Position numbers and translations under genes: made by a program. Below the pieces are notes generated by a model that was not told the origin of the DNA, made no database searches, and saw nothing but the letters and a program-made list of their open reading frames with translations. This document shows positions 35,092 through 46,493 of a stretch of DNA of 64,000 nucleotides, in pieces. Source of the stretch: Azolla caroliniana (Eukaryota > Plantae > Polypodiophyta); assembly GCA_043228905.1 (NCBI GenBank), contig JBHGNT010000015.1, positions 992,001 through 1,056,000 on the forward strand, given 5' to 3'. Position 1 is the first letter of the stretch; the number at the start of each line of letters is the position of its first letter.

Positions 35092-38000
35092 TTACTCTTC
35101 GCCTGCCGGCCCTTCCTCGGCCTCGGATCGGTCGTCGCTGCTGTCCAGGAGAATCGGGTCGGGTTCGTCGTCGTGCCGCTTCTTGAAAGCTTTGATCCTC
35201 TTCCCGGCCACGGGTATCGCTATTCTCGTACCGTCGAGTTCCGCCAGATGATATGTCCCGTTGTCGTTGGCGCTCTGTACCGTGTACGGCCCGAACCATC
35301 TCCGTGCGAACTTCCGCGTTGCTCGGTGCTGGTTGTCGAGGCTGCTGTCGTAGACGAGCACCCAGTCACCTTCGTCGATTTTCTTCGGTCGTAGCCGGTG
35401 CGTTCGGTCGAACCGGGCTTTGTTCTTTGTCCTCGCCACCCGGAGCTTCTCCGTAGCCAGTGCCACGTCCTCCGGTCTCCGCTCGAGCTGTCGTATACGT
35501 GCGGCCAACAACTCCTCCCGGCTCATCTCGTCCCGCCAGTCGACCGCTGCCCACGAGGAGATCGTCCGTTCAATCGGCATGATCGGCTTCTGGCCGAACA
35601 TGAGCTCCGTCGGCATGTACCCGGTTACCGAACTGTGCGTGGTCCGGTCTGCCCACAAAGCATAAGGTAGAAGTCGCGGCCAGTTGCCGACTTGGCCTCC
35701 GCATGCCCGAACCAGCGCCTTAACGATCGGCCCGTGTCCGCGCTCCACCTTTCCATTCGCCTCCGGGTTGTACGCAGTGGTGAGCGAGAGTTTGACTCCC
35801 AGCCGATCGAACAGCTCTGCGGCTTCCTCGGCGTCCAACTCCCCTCGGTCAGCCACGATCTTCCCGACGCACCCGTACCGGCATATCACGTCCTCGATCA
35901 GGAACCGACACACGGCCGCGGTCGTCTTGTTCTGAAGGGCTCGGCCTTCCACCTGGTTCGTCAGGTCTTCCCGCGCTAGCACCAGATACCGCATCTGTCC
36001 TACCCCCATCGGCATCGTCACCAGATCTACCATCCATTTGAAGTGGATAGTCGGAGGGTACGTAGGGTGAAGCCCGTCCCGGTGTCGGACTATCGAGTGC
36101 ATCTGACAACTCTCGCAAGTTGACACGAACCGATGCACGTCCCGGTACAATCCCGGCCACCAGTACTTCCCCTTCAGCTTCTCAAACGTCGCCCACGTTC
36201 CACGGTGTCCAGCCCAAGGGCTGTCGTGGTAGGCCGCCAGTAGCTCCTCCTGTTCTTCCTTCATCGCCACCACCCGGAGCGGGACGCCGTTCCTCTTCTT
36301 CGGGTGCCTCCACAAATGCCCATCTCGAAGAAAGAATCGATATGCTTTCTTCCGGATCCGGTTGGCCTCGTCCTTCGTCCATGACGCATCGGGCGTCATT
36401 GTCTTCAAAAACCCGCCAATCTGCAGCCACTCCCCGTCGTACTTGCTCGCGTCGAACTCGTTAAGCGCCGGAGTGCTCATCCCGTCGGTCGTTATGTATG
36501 CCGCCTCGAAGAAATCCACGCCGACTTCTTCGTCTTCCGAAACCATGCCGCCCTCGTCGTCGAACCTCGCCCTCGAAAGCATGTCGGCCATGGCGTTGTC
36601 TTTCCCGGAAACGTGTCGTATTTCCGGGTCCAGGGACTTGATGTACGCTATCCACCTGAGCATCGCCAGGTCCGGAGTCGCGCATCCGGAAACCATACCG
36701 AGAATCGGCAGGCAATCCGTCTCGATGATCACTTCTGTCCCTATCAGGTAGTCTTTGTCGGCCTTAACCGCCGAAACAATACCCCAGAGTTCGCGTTTAA
36801 CCTGGGCGTATCCTCGTTGCCGTTTACTGAGGACTTTCGCGCCGAATCGGATCGGAAACCGATTGCCGTCCTCGTCTTCCTGGTTCACGACCCATCCGAT
36901 CCCGGTCGGACTGGTATCCACCGTTATGAATACCGGGGTACCCTTCCCGTATACCGCCTTCCGGAGTGCCGGTGCCGCTGCAAGGGCCTCTTTCAGCTTC
37001 CGGACCGATTCCGCGTGCTCGTCTAGCCATTCGAACCTTCGCCCCTTTTTCAGCAACCCGTACAGTGGCTCCGCGACGTGCGCGTAATGCGGGATCCATA
37101 TGTGGTAGAAGGCGCATGCTCCCAAGAATCGTCGTACTTCCGTGACCGAGCTGCATTCAGGCTTCATCGCGGAGATGGCTTCTATCTTTGCCGGAGACGG
37201 TTTCCGGCCATATGGTCCACATAAATGTCCGACCACCATGATTTCCGACTGCCCGAATGCTGACTTCTCCCCCGAGAAGGTGAGTCTCGCATCCTCTAGC
37301 CTTTGCAGCACCTTCTCGCAGTCGTCGATGTGCGTCGCCACGAATCGCCGGCATCCGTCCGGCCCGATCGTCTCGTCCTTTTCTTCCACCGGGCATCCCT
37401 TGATCGGGATGTCGTCCAGAAACGGCATGGTGATGTCCGGGATACAGTCCTTCAGAACCTTGTTCATCGCATTCACCATGTGGGCCACCGAGTTGGTCCC
37501 TCCTTGCGGCAGTGTACACATCCGAACTAGGCCGAGGGGAGTTCGCATCGTCGTAATGTCTCTACTCTCCACGGCTAGCTGGAATTGGTCGTACCCTGAA
37601 TATAGATCACCGACCGAGTAAATCGACCTTCCGGCGAAGGCCTCCGCGAACTCGTCTACGGTCGGTCCGATCCCTGCGTTCCGGATGGTCACCCTATTGA
37701 CCGGTTGCAGGTCCTGAATGAAGCGCAATGATCCGTTTTTCTTTGGCACGGTAAACCACCGGTTCGAGTACGGGGCGCTCGACGGCTCGAGAATGCCCAT
37801 CTCAACTTTCTGCTTCAACAACTCCATCAACTTCGGGATGTGAGCTCTCGGAACCGGAATTGGCTTGAGATTCCACGGTACATGCGGTACCGTGAATATC
37901 ACCATCGGCTCTACGATCGTCGGGTCTACGCACCCGATTTCTTCCGGTGAGAATGCGAAGGCTTTCCCGTGCCTTCCGAGCATCCTCCGAAACCGGTCTT

Positions 38001-38355
38001 CCTCCGCCGGCAGTAGGAACCCGCCCCCACCGATTTTGAGCTCTCGGAGCGTCTCGTCGGTGAAGGTGTGCCCTATGCAGGCCGGATCTCGTAGACTAGG
38101 GTCCGATGCAACCCCTTTGATTCTCGACGCGCTGTCCTCCGGTAAGGGTGCCGCGACTGGCCTTACCTTCCGGTCCACAGTCTTGTACTTGGTGCTTACG
38201 TGGGCCGTCCGAACTGACTCGAGCCCTCGACCGAAGTCCGCGATGACTTCGTACATCTCCTCGGAACACACCGGTATCGTCCGGTCTTCGTTAAGGCCTT
38301 CTTCGACTACCTTTTCCAGCATTCCCATGGTGTCGTCGAATGAGACCGCCTCCAC
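35092..38355 (-). CDS. Pol (RT-RNase H-integrase) of copy A, probably translated by -1 frameshift from gag-PR
   Basis: 1087 aa: DLYSGYDQ, LPQGGTNS, FLDD, RNase H VDTS..ELWG, HHCC, DDE. The frame stays open up to the slippery site at 38583-38589. Confidence 0.93.
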   Translation of the reverse strand: MEAVSFDDTMGMLEKVVEEGLNEDRTIPVCSEEMYEVIADFGRGLESVRTAHVSTKYKTVDRKVRPVAAPLPEDSASRIKGVASDPSLRDPACIGHTFTDETLRELKIGGGGFLLPAEEDRFRRMLGRHGKAFAFSPEEIGCVDPTIVEPMVIFTVPHVPWNLKPIPVPRAHIPKLMELLKQKVEMGILEPSSAPYSNRWFTVPKKNGSLRFIQDLQPVNRVTIRNAGIGPTVDEFAEAFAGRSIYSVGDLYSGYDQFQLAVESRDITTMRTPLGLVRMCTLPQGGTNSVAHMVNAMNKVLKDCIPDITMPFLDDIPIKGCPVEEKDETIGPDGCRRFVATHIDDCEKVLQRLEDARLTFSGEKSAFGQSEIMVVGHLCGPYGRKPSPAKIEAISAMKPECSSVTEVRRFLGACAFYHIWIPHYAHVAEPLYGLLKKGRRFEWLDEHAESVRKLKEALAAAPALRKAVYGKGTPVFITVDTSPTGIGWVVNQEDEDGNRFPIRFGAKVLSKRQRGYAQVKRELWGIVSAVKADKDYLIGTEVIIETDCLPILGMVSGCATPDLAMLRWIAYIKSLDPEIRHVSGKDNAMADMLSRARFDDEGGMVSEDEEVGVDFFEAAYITTDGMSTPALNEFDASKYDGEWLQIGGFLKTMTPDASWTKDEANRIRKKAYRFFLRDGHLWRHPKKRNGVPLRVVAMKEEQEELLAAYHDSPWAGHRGTWATFEKLKGKYWWPGLYRDVHRFVSTCESCQMHSIVRHRDGLHPTYPPTIHFKWMVDLVTMPMGVGQMRYLVLAREDLTNQVEGRALQNKTTAAVCRFLIEDVICRYGCVGKIVADRGELDAEEAAELFDRLGVKLSLTTAYNPEANGKVERGHGPIVKALVRACGGQVGNWPRLLPYALWADRTTHSSVTGYMPTELMFGQKPIMPIERTISSWAAVDWRDEMSREELLAARIRQLERRPEDVALATEKLRVARTKNKARFDRTHRLRPKKIDEGDWVLVYDSSLDNQHRATRKFARRWFGPYTVQSANDNGTYHLAELDGTRIAIPVAGKRIKAFKKRHDDEPDPILLDSSDDRSEAEEGPAGEE

Positions 38356-38579
38356 GGCTCCGTTGATTTCCTCGTCCGGGCCGAGAACTCCGCACGCTCG
38401 AAGTCTCCCCTCCGCCTTTGTCTTCTCTCGGCCGCCGATGCCGACTATCGTACACGCTCCGCTGTCGGAGAACCAAAATTCCCTACCTATGATACAAGGT
38501 TTCTTCGGTTTTATCGTACAGGTGTGGGGTTTTCCCGGGGTGTCCGGACTGTCGCGGCCCCACGCCTTGGCAGCCCTCT

Positions 38580-40706
38580 TTAAAAATCCTCTCGGTTATC
38601 GGAGCCGAGGGAGTCGCGGTTACGCTCGTGGTTCGGCCTGACCGTCAAAAACTGGACCGAATGGCGCCCGTCCTGGCTCTTGACCCGCGCATAGGCCGAA
38701 CCGTTGTCCAGCACCTTGGTCTCCATTCGAGCCGCCGTGATGTACGGCTCTCCCAGTATGACGGGATGCGAAGACGTCTCCTGCACGAAGAAGTGCTGGT
38801 CAATCTCGACGTCGCCGATCTTGACTCGCACATTCGGACAGGCCCCGTGCAGTTCCTCGGTGGCGCGCGTTGCTGCCCTTATTTTCCACCCGTGCTTGGT
38901 GTTGATCGGCCATTTGCCCTTCTTATAGAAGTCCATGGACATCAAATTGATCTCCGATCCGTGGTCCACCAAAGCTATCACTGGTTCCTGGACATCGCCG
39001 ATCTTTACCGGGGTTTCTGTGGTCGCTCGGGCCCAGTGTGGTCTCGAATAGTGGCTTTCCGCCCACTCGTCTCCCAGCGCCATGTCGTCTAGGTGCGTCG
39101 TCCGCACTTCCACCGGTCTTTCCGGTTCTGTCTCCATCGACAGCCTCTTCCGTTTCACTAAGTCCACGATGGAGTCATGGAACTCCTTCTTGGCGATTCC
39201 CAGCACCTCTCGTAACGACAGCTCCACCTTGCTGTCGAGGATCCGTTCCTCCAGGACCTTTCGTAAGTCCGTGGTTCTTTCTATCTCCGTCCCCAGACGG
39301 TACCCGCCCTTCTGGGGTTTATCTTGCGTACCGGCCCCGCCGGCTTCGTCCCGTCGTGGCCCGGACCGGGTCTCGTATCGTTGTGAGGGCCCGGTCGTCC
39401 CGGTTTTCCCCACCCGCTTCTCTTCTACCAGAGCCTCGTAGTTCCGGCAAGCGGCTTCCACGAAGCCCGTCTTTTCCTCGACCGGGTCGCTCCACCCGGT
39501 CATCTCCCGTATCCGTTTCTCCGCACGGTCCGATTCCTCCCTTTTAAGCCCTGCACCGGCAAGGCCTTCCAGCATCGTCGGCCAGAATCCGACTTTGCTT
39601 TCCTTTCGGGCCTCGCCGCCCCCGACTCGAATACCGGCCGACGCCGAGTAGTGGACGGTTTCCGCATGTCGGGCCGCCGCCTCTTCCATCAACCTCTTCA
39701 TTCCGCCTCGCCCGTCGTTTCGGTTTAGGGCCCTTCTCGTGTCGTTGGCGTGAACCCGGCCTTCCCATAGGTACACCACCTGGTTCCTCAGCGCCTCTGC
39801 GAAATCGCCGCAGTCTTTTCGGATGTGGCCGACCCCGTCGCACCACATGCACCTGTTCCCCGCCGCCGGCCGTCGGTCACGAGCAGGTCCTCCGCCTTCT
39901 CTGCGGGCTTGTGCGATTTGGAGGTCTTTTATCGCCCTCGTCAGTTCCTCCAACGCAGCTCCTCCAGTCGAGCCTCTGATCTCGCCGGTCGGAGCTGAAC
40001 CGGATTCCAGCCACTCCCGAGTCTCTTCCCTTCGCACCGGCTGCGCCGGCTCGAGTTTCCTCGCCGCGACTGAGCCCGACCCGGTTGCTCTGTCATCCTC
40101 CCATTCTCGCCGTTTGTCGAAACGGCCGCAGGCTCTCTTGACCGCCGTCCAGTCGGCTGTCAGCCCGTCTTCGGTTTCTAGCAGGGCGCCCACGTGACTC
40201 CGATCCCTCTCGTCAACCGATTTGATGAACAGCAGGACCCGGCTTGTATCCAGGACCATCCTGTCAAGCGCCGAAAGGCGCGCGAAGTTCTCCTCGAACT
40301 CCCGGAGGAGTGCCGACGCATTCCTTCCTTTCCCGGGAGACTCCACCCACTCCATGAAGCTTCGCTTCGAAAGCCGGAGCGCGTCGTCCAGTCCGTATTT
40401 CTCCAGGAGCCGACCTTCGAACTCCTCCCAGGTACGGCTCTCCGCCCGCACCTCGAGCACCTCCGCGTGGATGCTCGGCATCGCCACTCGGGGAAAACCG
40501 GCAAGACGCCTGTCTTCCGGAATGTCCCGCATTAACATTTCCGCACCGTAGGACGCCAGGTACTTCGTGGCATCCTTTCCGGTGAATCGACCGATCGTTC
40601 CGACGACCGCCTCAATAGCTCTATCGAGGGCGCCGGTGCCCTCGCGCGCGCTTACTATCCGATCCACGGCCGAAGCCATGGCCTCTGCAAGATCCGCCCC
40701 CTTCAT
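38580..40706 (-). CDS. Gag-protease of copy A
   Basis: 708 aa; CCHC knuckle CMWCDGVGHIRKDC; aspartic protease ALVDHGSEINL. Confidence 0.9.
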   Translation of the reverse strand: MKGADLAEAMASAVDRIVSAREGTGALDRAIEAVVGTIGRFTGKDATKYLASYGAEMLMRDIPEDRRLAGFPRVAMPSIHAEVLEVRAESRTWEEFEGRLLEKYGLDDALRLSKRSFMEWVESPGKGRNASALLREFEENFARLSALDRMVLDTSRVLLFIKSVDERDRSHVGALLETEDGLTADWTAVKRACGRFDKRREWEDDRATGSGSVAARKLEPAQPVRREETREWLESGSAPTGEIRGSTGGAALEELTRAIKDLQIAQARREGGGPARDRRPAAGNRCMWCDGVGHIRKDCGDFAEALRNQVVYLWEGRVHANDTRRALNRNDGRGGMKRLMEEAAARHAETVHYSASAGIRVGGGEARKESKVGFWPTMLEGLAGAGLKREESDRAEKRIREMTGWSDPVEEKTGFVEAACRNYEALVEEKRVGKTGTTGPSQRYETRSGPRRDEAGGAGTQDKPQKGGYRLGTEIERTTDLRKVLEERILDSKVELSLREVLGIAKKEFHDSIVDLVKRKRLSMETEPERPVEVRTTHLDDMALGDEWAESHYSRPHWARATTETPVKIGDVQEPVIALVDHGSEINLMSMDFYKKGKWPINTKHGWKIRAATRATEELHGACPNVRVKIGDVEIDQHFFVQETSSHPVILGEPYITAARMETKVLDNGSAYARVKSQDGRHSVQFLTVRPNHERNRDSLGSDNREDF

Positions 40707-41520
40707 TTCCTACTCTTCTGCCGCCTCTTTCACGTCGGGTTCACCAAGATGTCGGGGTTACTACGCCCTTGCGTGTAGAAAGGAGGAGGGACCACGGGGG
40801 TCTTGGACCGAAGAGCAAGAGAGAGAGGAGTAAGAGAGAGAGACCCGATTACACAAAACCGAAGATCCGATTGCGCAGAACCGGCAATTGCACAGGGACA
40901 CGGCCCAACAAACAGAGACCACAAATAAACGCCGACGCAGATGGACGCAACAACGAAAGATATGTACTTATGAATACAAGAAAATAACAGACTAAAGTAT
41001 TACAACCCACGGTGGGGCACGAAATAGATACTAACGAAAACGAACAGGGCGGCGAACAGATGCCGACCCCCCTGTATGTCTTGACGCACAGAAAGGGAAA
41101 TCAGGTCGGAGGTGCTGCAGGACGCACTCGGGGCGTTCCACGGAACAGCGCAAGCCTCCTCGAAACCTGCACAGGTACGCGATGGAGCAGAAGACAGAGA
41201 AAGCAGGAGTGAGAGAGAAGCTCCGAAATCGGTTCGGCAGCACTTCGTCCTCTCCGCGCGAGATCCCCCCTTCTCCTCTTCCTCTTCCTTTTTATTGCCC
41301 GTCAAGAGGCCGTTTGGCATTAACTGCATACCAAACGAATCTTCCCCCTCCGATCCTCGTATGTACCCACTTCGTCCTTAGGTACTTCTTGGCGCGCGTG
41401 TGTGTGTAGAGCCGTTTCCCACGCCTTGTTCCTCCGATTCCTCTCGTGGGCGGTTTTCTTCACGACAACGCAGCAAAGCCCAGGCTACCCCATGGCAAGT
41501 ACAGGATGAAGTCCGGCAAG

Positions 41521-44500
41521 CAGCCAAAGAATGGATGGATACGGCCAACAAAAACAATGTGGTGCGCATGCAAACAGAAATGGGAGACGCGACTATCGGA
41601 GCAACACAGTCCTCAACACCATCCACGTCGACAGAAGATGACCAGTTGTGGGACGCCCTTACCAATTCCAGGATCTCCTTGCCTCTGCATAAACTCTTAC
41701 CACTCATGACGCGTTTTCAGGACACCTTGGCTACACTCACGTCCAACACCCATTCCACCGCGCCATCTGTGCACTTAACCGAGCTAGGAACGGGTTCACC
41801 CCTCATGGATGCGCAGAATCTAGCCATAAAAATTATGATTAAAGGAAGGGACTTGCACGGGTGCATAATCGACGGTGGCTCTGGCGTGAATGTCATCAAC
41901 GAGGCTACCTACTAGAAACTCGGCCTAAATCAATGGGAACCTTGCCCCTTTTGGCTTCGGATGGCTGACACACGATTGGTTCGGCCCATCGACTTTACTC
42001 TAGGAGGCCACATTTTCACTATCTCGGCCATTGTATTATGACTCGAAGCACAGGGGGCTTACCCAATGTTACTGGGCAGACCATGGTTGCACACAGCAAA
42101 TATCAAACAACATTGGCAGCGCAAAATGATCTCGTTTCGCCGAGGAAAGACCAAGGTCCGGAACATAACCGAAGAACGCGTACCCACACCCCACAACACC
42201 TCGCCGTTATACGCGGAAGGGGTGCACATGCTCGACGGGTTAGCCGATGGCGAGGTGGATGACTTCCTAGAAGACCATCCCACTATCATACCGAGCGTGC
42301 CAAATTGTGTTAACCATTTTGTTGGAAACACCTTCGATATGCCTACAAGCTATCGGTATCAAGGGAAGTGTAACGTGAAGACTTGCGCACGGAGGCGTCG
42401 TTAGGGGAAGAAAACGGAGAGCATACCCGGAATAGAGCCCGGGTCATATACGTAGTTGAGACCTTAGAAACGACGGTTGTAATGGCGGTTGTCTTCAACG
42501 TAGTTCGTTGTGATCTCACAGCTGTAACCGGGCGTGCCAAATCGCGGCTACTAGGGAGGATTAAGGGCGGTTGTTGCCGCGTGAATGTCGCCAGTTTCTC
42601 CTCTGCGGCTTGCCATAGGTCAGTAGCCTGTTTGGCTTGCTGATGCGCCGTTTTGATACGTCGGGCCATGTCCTTGGCTACCCGAGTAGTGTGGTGTAGA
42701 TTGCGATATGCCTCGACTAAGGCCATGTTCAAATCTGGTAGTTCCATGAGGAGCGAAGCATTCTGTACTTGCTTCTTCCATCCTATCTTCTGTAAGGCTC
42801 GATCCTCATGAGGTTCGATTTCACCCATTAGAGCGCGTTGAATCATCTTTGTTGATACCACTGCTTTGGCCATACAAGCGGCGGTAGCTACTTAGGCGTG
42901 CGCGACGAAATCCATTAACTCATAAGTTGTGCCCAGTCAAAGTAGTGCACTGAACTCGTATGCCTCCATGGGGAGATCTTTGTAACTGAGGACTTCCTCC
43001 TCTGATATCTGCGTGGTTTGTCCATGCTCGATCGTACCGACTTGGAGCCATGACTCTGCTGGTACTATGTCCGTGGAGGTGGGGCTGGCCTCTTTTGATT
43101 TCTGACGTTGGTCACCTTCGGTTTCTGTGGTTGCCTCTCGAATGATGCAGCGTCTTTTTGGCAGCTGATCTTGTGCGTCNNNNNNNNNNNNNNNNNNNNN
43201 NNNNNNNNNNNNNNNNNNNNNNNNNNNNNNNNNNNNNNNNNNNNNNNNNNNNNNNNNNNNNNNNNNNNNNNNNNNNNNNACAGCCAAAGAATGGATGGAT
43301 ACGGCCAACAAAAACAATGTGGTGCGCATGCAAACAGAAATGGGAGACGCGACTATCGGAGCAACACAGTCCTCAACACCATCCACGTCGACAGAAGATG
43401 ACCAGTTGTGGGACGCCCTTACCAATTCCAGGATCTCCTTGCCTCTGCATAAACTCTTACCACTCATGACGCGTTTTCAGGACACCTTGGCTACACTCAC
43501 GTCCAACACCCATTCCACCGCGCCATCTGTGCACTTAACCGAGCTAGGAACGGGTTCACCCCTCATGGATGCGCAGAATCTAGCCATAAAAATTATGATT
43601 AAAGGAAGGGACTTGCACGGGTGCATAATCGACGGTGGCTCTGGCGTGAATGTCATCAACGAGGCTACCTACTAGAAACTCGGCCTAAATCAATGGGAAC
43701 CTTGCCCCTTTTGGCTTCGGATGGCTGACACACGATTGGTTCGGCCCATCGACTTTACTCTAGGAGGCCACATTTTCACTATCTCGGCCATTGTATTATG
43801 ACTCGAAGCACAGGGGGCTTACCCAATGTTACTGGGCAGACCATGGTTGCACACAGCAAATATCAAACAACATTGGCAGCGCAAAATGATCTCGTTTCGC
43901 CGAGGAAAGACCAAGGTCCGGAACATAACCGAAGAACGCGTACCCACACCCCACAACACCTCGCCGTTATACGCGGAAGGGGTGCACATGCTCGACGGGT
44001 TAGCCGATGGCGAGGTGGATGACTTCCTAGAAGACCATCCCACTATCATACCGAGCGTGCCAAATTGTGTTAACCATTTTGTTGGAAACACCTTCGATAT
44101 GCCTACAAGCTATCGGTATCAAGGGAAGTGTAACGTGAAGACTTGCGCACGGAGGCGTCGTTAGGGGAAGAAAACGGAGAGCATACCCGGAATAGAGCCC
44201 GGGTCATATACGTAGTTGAGACCTTAGAAACGACGGTTGTAATGGCGGTTGTCTTCAACGTAGTTCGTTGTGATCTCACAGCTGTAACCGGGCGTGCCAA
44301 ATCGCGGCTACTAGGGAGGATTAAGGGCGGTTGTTGCCGCGTGAATGTCGCCAGTTTCTCCTCTGCGGCTTGCCATAGGTCAGTAGCCTGTTTGGCTTGC
44401 TGATGCGCCGTTTTGATACGTCGGGCCATGTCCTTGGCTACCCGAGTAGTGTGGTGTAGATTGCGATATGCCTCGACTAAGGCCATGTTCAAATCTGGTA

Positions 44501-44939
44501 GTTCCATGAGGAGCGAAGCATTCTGTACTTGCTTCTTCCATCCTATCTTCTGTAAGGCTCGATCCTCATGAGGTTCGATTTCACCCATTAGAGCGCGTTG
44601 AATCATCTTTGTTTCGGCGTGCTCCTTGGCCATACAAGCGGCGGTAGCTACTTAGGCGTGCGCGACGAAATCCATTAACTCATAAGTTGTGCCCAGTCAA
44701 AGTAGTGCACTGAACTCGTATGCCTCCATGGGGAGATCTTTGTAACTGAGGACTTCCTCCTCTGATATCTGCGTGGTTTGTCCATGCTCGATCGTACCGA
44801 CTTGGAGCCATGACTCTGCTGGTACTATGTCCGTGGAGGTGGGGCTGGCCTCTTTTGATTTCTGACGTTGGTCACCTTCGGTTTCTGTGGTTGCCTCTCG
44901 AATGATGCAGCGTCTTTTTGGCAGCTGATCTTGTGCGTC
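41521..44939. other. Probable false duplication (1.66 kb x2) across a 100-N scaffold gap, with adapter contamination
   Basis: 41521-43179 matches 43281-44939 (offset 1760) with N run 43180-43279. The only difference seen is 42851-42866, the reverse complement of AAGCAGTGGTATCAAC. Confidence 0.85.
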
Positions 44940-46453
44940 TGGGGCCGGTGGTGATGGATCCTCGGCCTGTTTCCTCTTTTGTTGTCGGATGGCCGAGGGC
45001 TGCTGGCTTGTGGGCCGTGGGCTCAGTTGTGGAGAGGTCATTGATGTCCTTGGTGGCCTCTGGCGTATGGTGACATCCTCGGGGATGGCCTGCTCGACCT
45101 CATCCCATTCAACACGGGATGTTGTTACCGCCCGTTGTCTTTGTGTTTTTGGTGGGGGTGGGGCCGAGGCAGAAGCGGAAGTAGGGTTCTGAACGCCTGA
45201 GGGAGGTGGAGAAGACGAGGAGTCTTCCCATTCTTCCTGAGTTATCTCCAAAATCTTCTCCTGTTGTTTCCTTGATGGTGGTGGAGAGGTCAGGATGCGA
45301 CAAGGGGAAACCGAAGGAGGTGGGTAGAGGACTGTGAGGAAGTGATTGATCACAGGCAACAAATGCTTACCGGTTTGGAAGGATTCGAGTCACTCCCCAC
45401 GGCAGCTCGACCGGAAGAACCTGCCCCTGCAGACGTCCACATCCCACCGGAGCCACAAACTATAACCCCGACCCTGCCTGAATCGGTCCCAACAAAGGAG
45501 GGCACACACGACGACACCGCCATCCCCGACTCGGCAACACAAACTCCATCACCAACCCCACCTGCCGAGCAGCCAGCCCAACTCCACGCCTCCGAGGATA
45601 TCCTCGGCATATTGGAAGAGGAATAAAACCAACCTATAAGCCCTCGTAGGAACGGGCAATTTTTGTAATTTGTGTTGTTTTGCCAAATCCATGGTGAACC
45701 GTGGGTCCGACGGACAAAGTCCTGTCCCACGGTGTCGTGAAGAAAACCGCCCACGAGAGGAATCGGAGGAACAAGGCGTGGGAAACGGCTCTACACACAC
45801 ACGCGCGCCAAGAAGTACCTAAGGACGAAGTGGGTACATACGAGGATCGGAGGGGGAAGATTCGTTTGGTATGCAGTTAATGCCAAACGGCCTCTTGACG
45901 GGCAATAAAAAGGAAGAGGAAGAGGAGACAGGGGGAATCTCGCGCGGAGAGGACGAAGTGCTGCCGAACCGACTTCGGAGCTTCTCTCTCACTCCTGCTT
46001 TCTCTGTCTTCTGCTCCATCGCGTACCTGTGCAGGTTTCGAGGAGGCTTGCGCTGTTCCGTGGAACGCCCCGAGTGCGTCCTGCAGCACCTCCGACCTGA
46101 TTTCCCTTTCTGTGCGTCAAGACATACAGGGGGGTCGGCATCTGTTCGCCGCCCTGTTCGTTTTCGTTAGTATCTATTTCGTGCCCCACCGTGGGTTGTA
46201 ATACTTTAGTCTGTTATTTTCTTGCATTCATAAGTACATATCTTTCGTTGTTGCGTCCATCTGCGTCGGCTTTATTTGTGATCTCTGTTTGTTGGGCCGT
46301 GTCCCTGTGCAATTGCCGGTTCTGCGCAATCGGATCTTCGGTTCTGTGTAATCGGGTCTCTCTCTCTTACTCCTCTCTCTCTTGCTCTTCGGTTCAAGAC
46401 CCCCGTGGTCCCTCCTCCTTTCTACACGCAAGGGCGTAGCAACCCCGACATCT

Positions 46454-46471
46454 TGGTGAACCCGACGTGAA
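46454..46471 (+). promoter_or_regulatory. Primer-binding site complementary to the 3' end of plant cytosolic tRNA-Trp
   Basis: TGGTGAACCCGACGTGAA is the reverse complement of TTCACGTCGGGTTCACCA (tRNA-Trp 3' end plus CCA, from memory); 3 nt after the LTR. Confidence 0.8.
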
Positions 46472-46493
46472 AGAGGCGGCAGAAGAGTAGGAA

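Larger units (their letters stand above)
34302..41467 (-). mobile_element. Young, apparently intact Ty3/gypsy element (Ylt1/fungal-like), copy A
   Basis: 718-bp LTRs 34302-35019 and 40750-41467 (TG..CA, about 3 mismatches seen); 4-bp TSD ACGC; tRNA-Trp PBS 40729-40746; PPT; open gag-PR and pol ORFs. Confidence 0.95.

Noticed and set aside
41521-44939. Biological tandem duplication
   Set aside because: Exact identity across a 100-N gap plus an adapter 16-mer indicates an assembly artefact.
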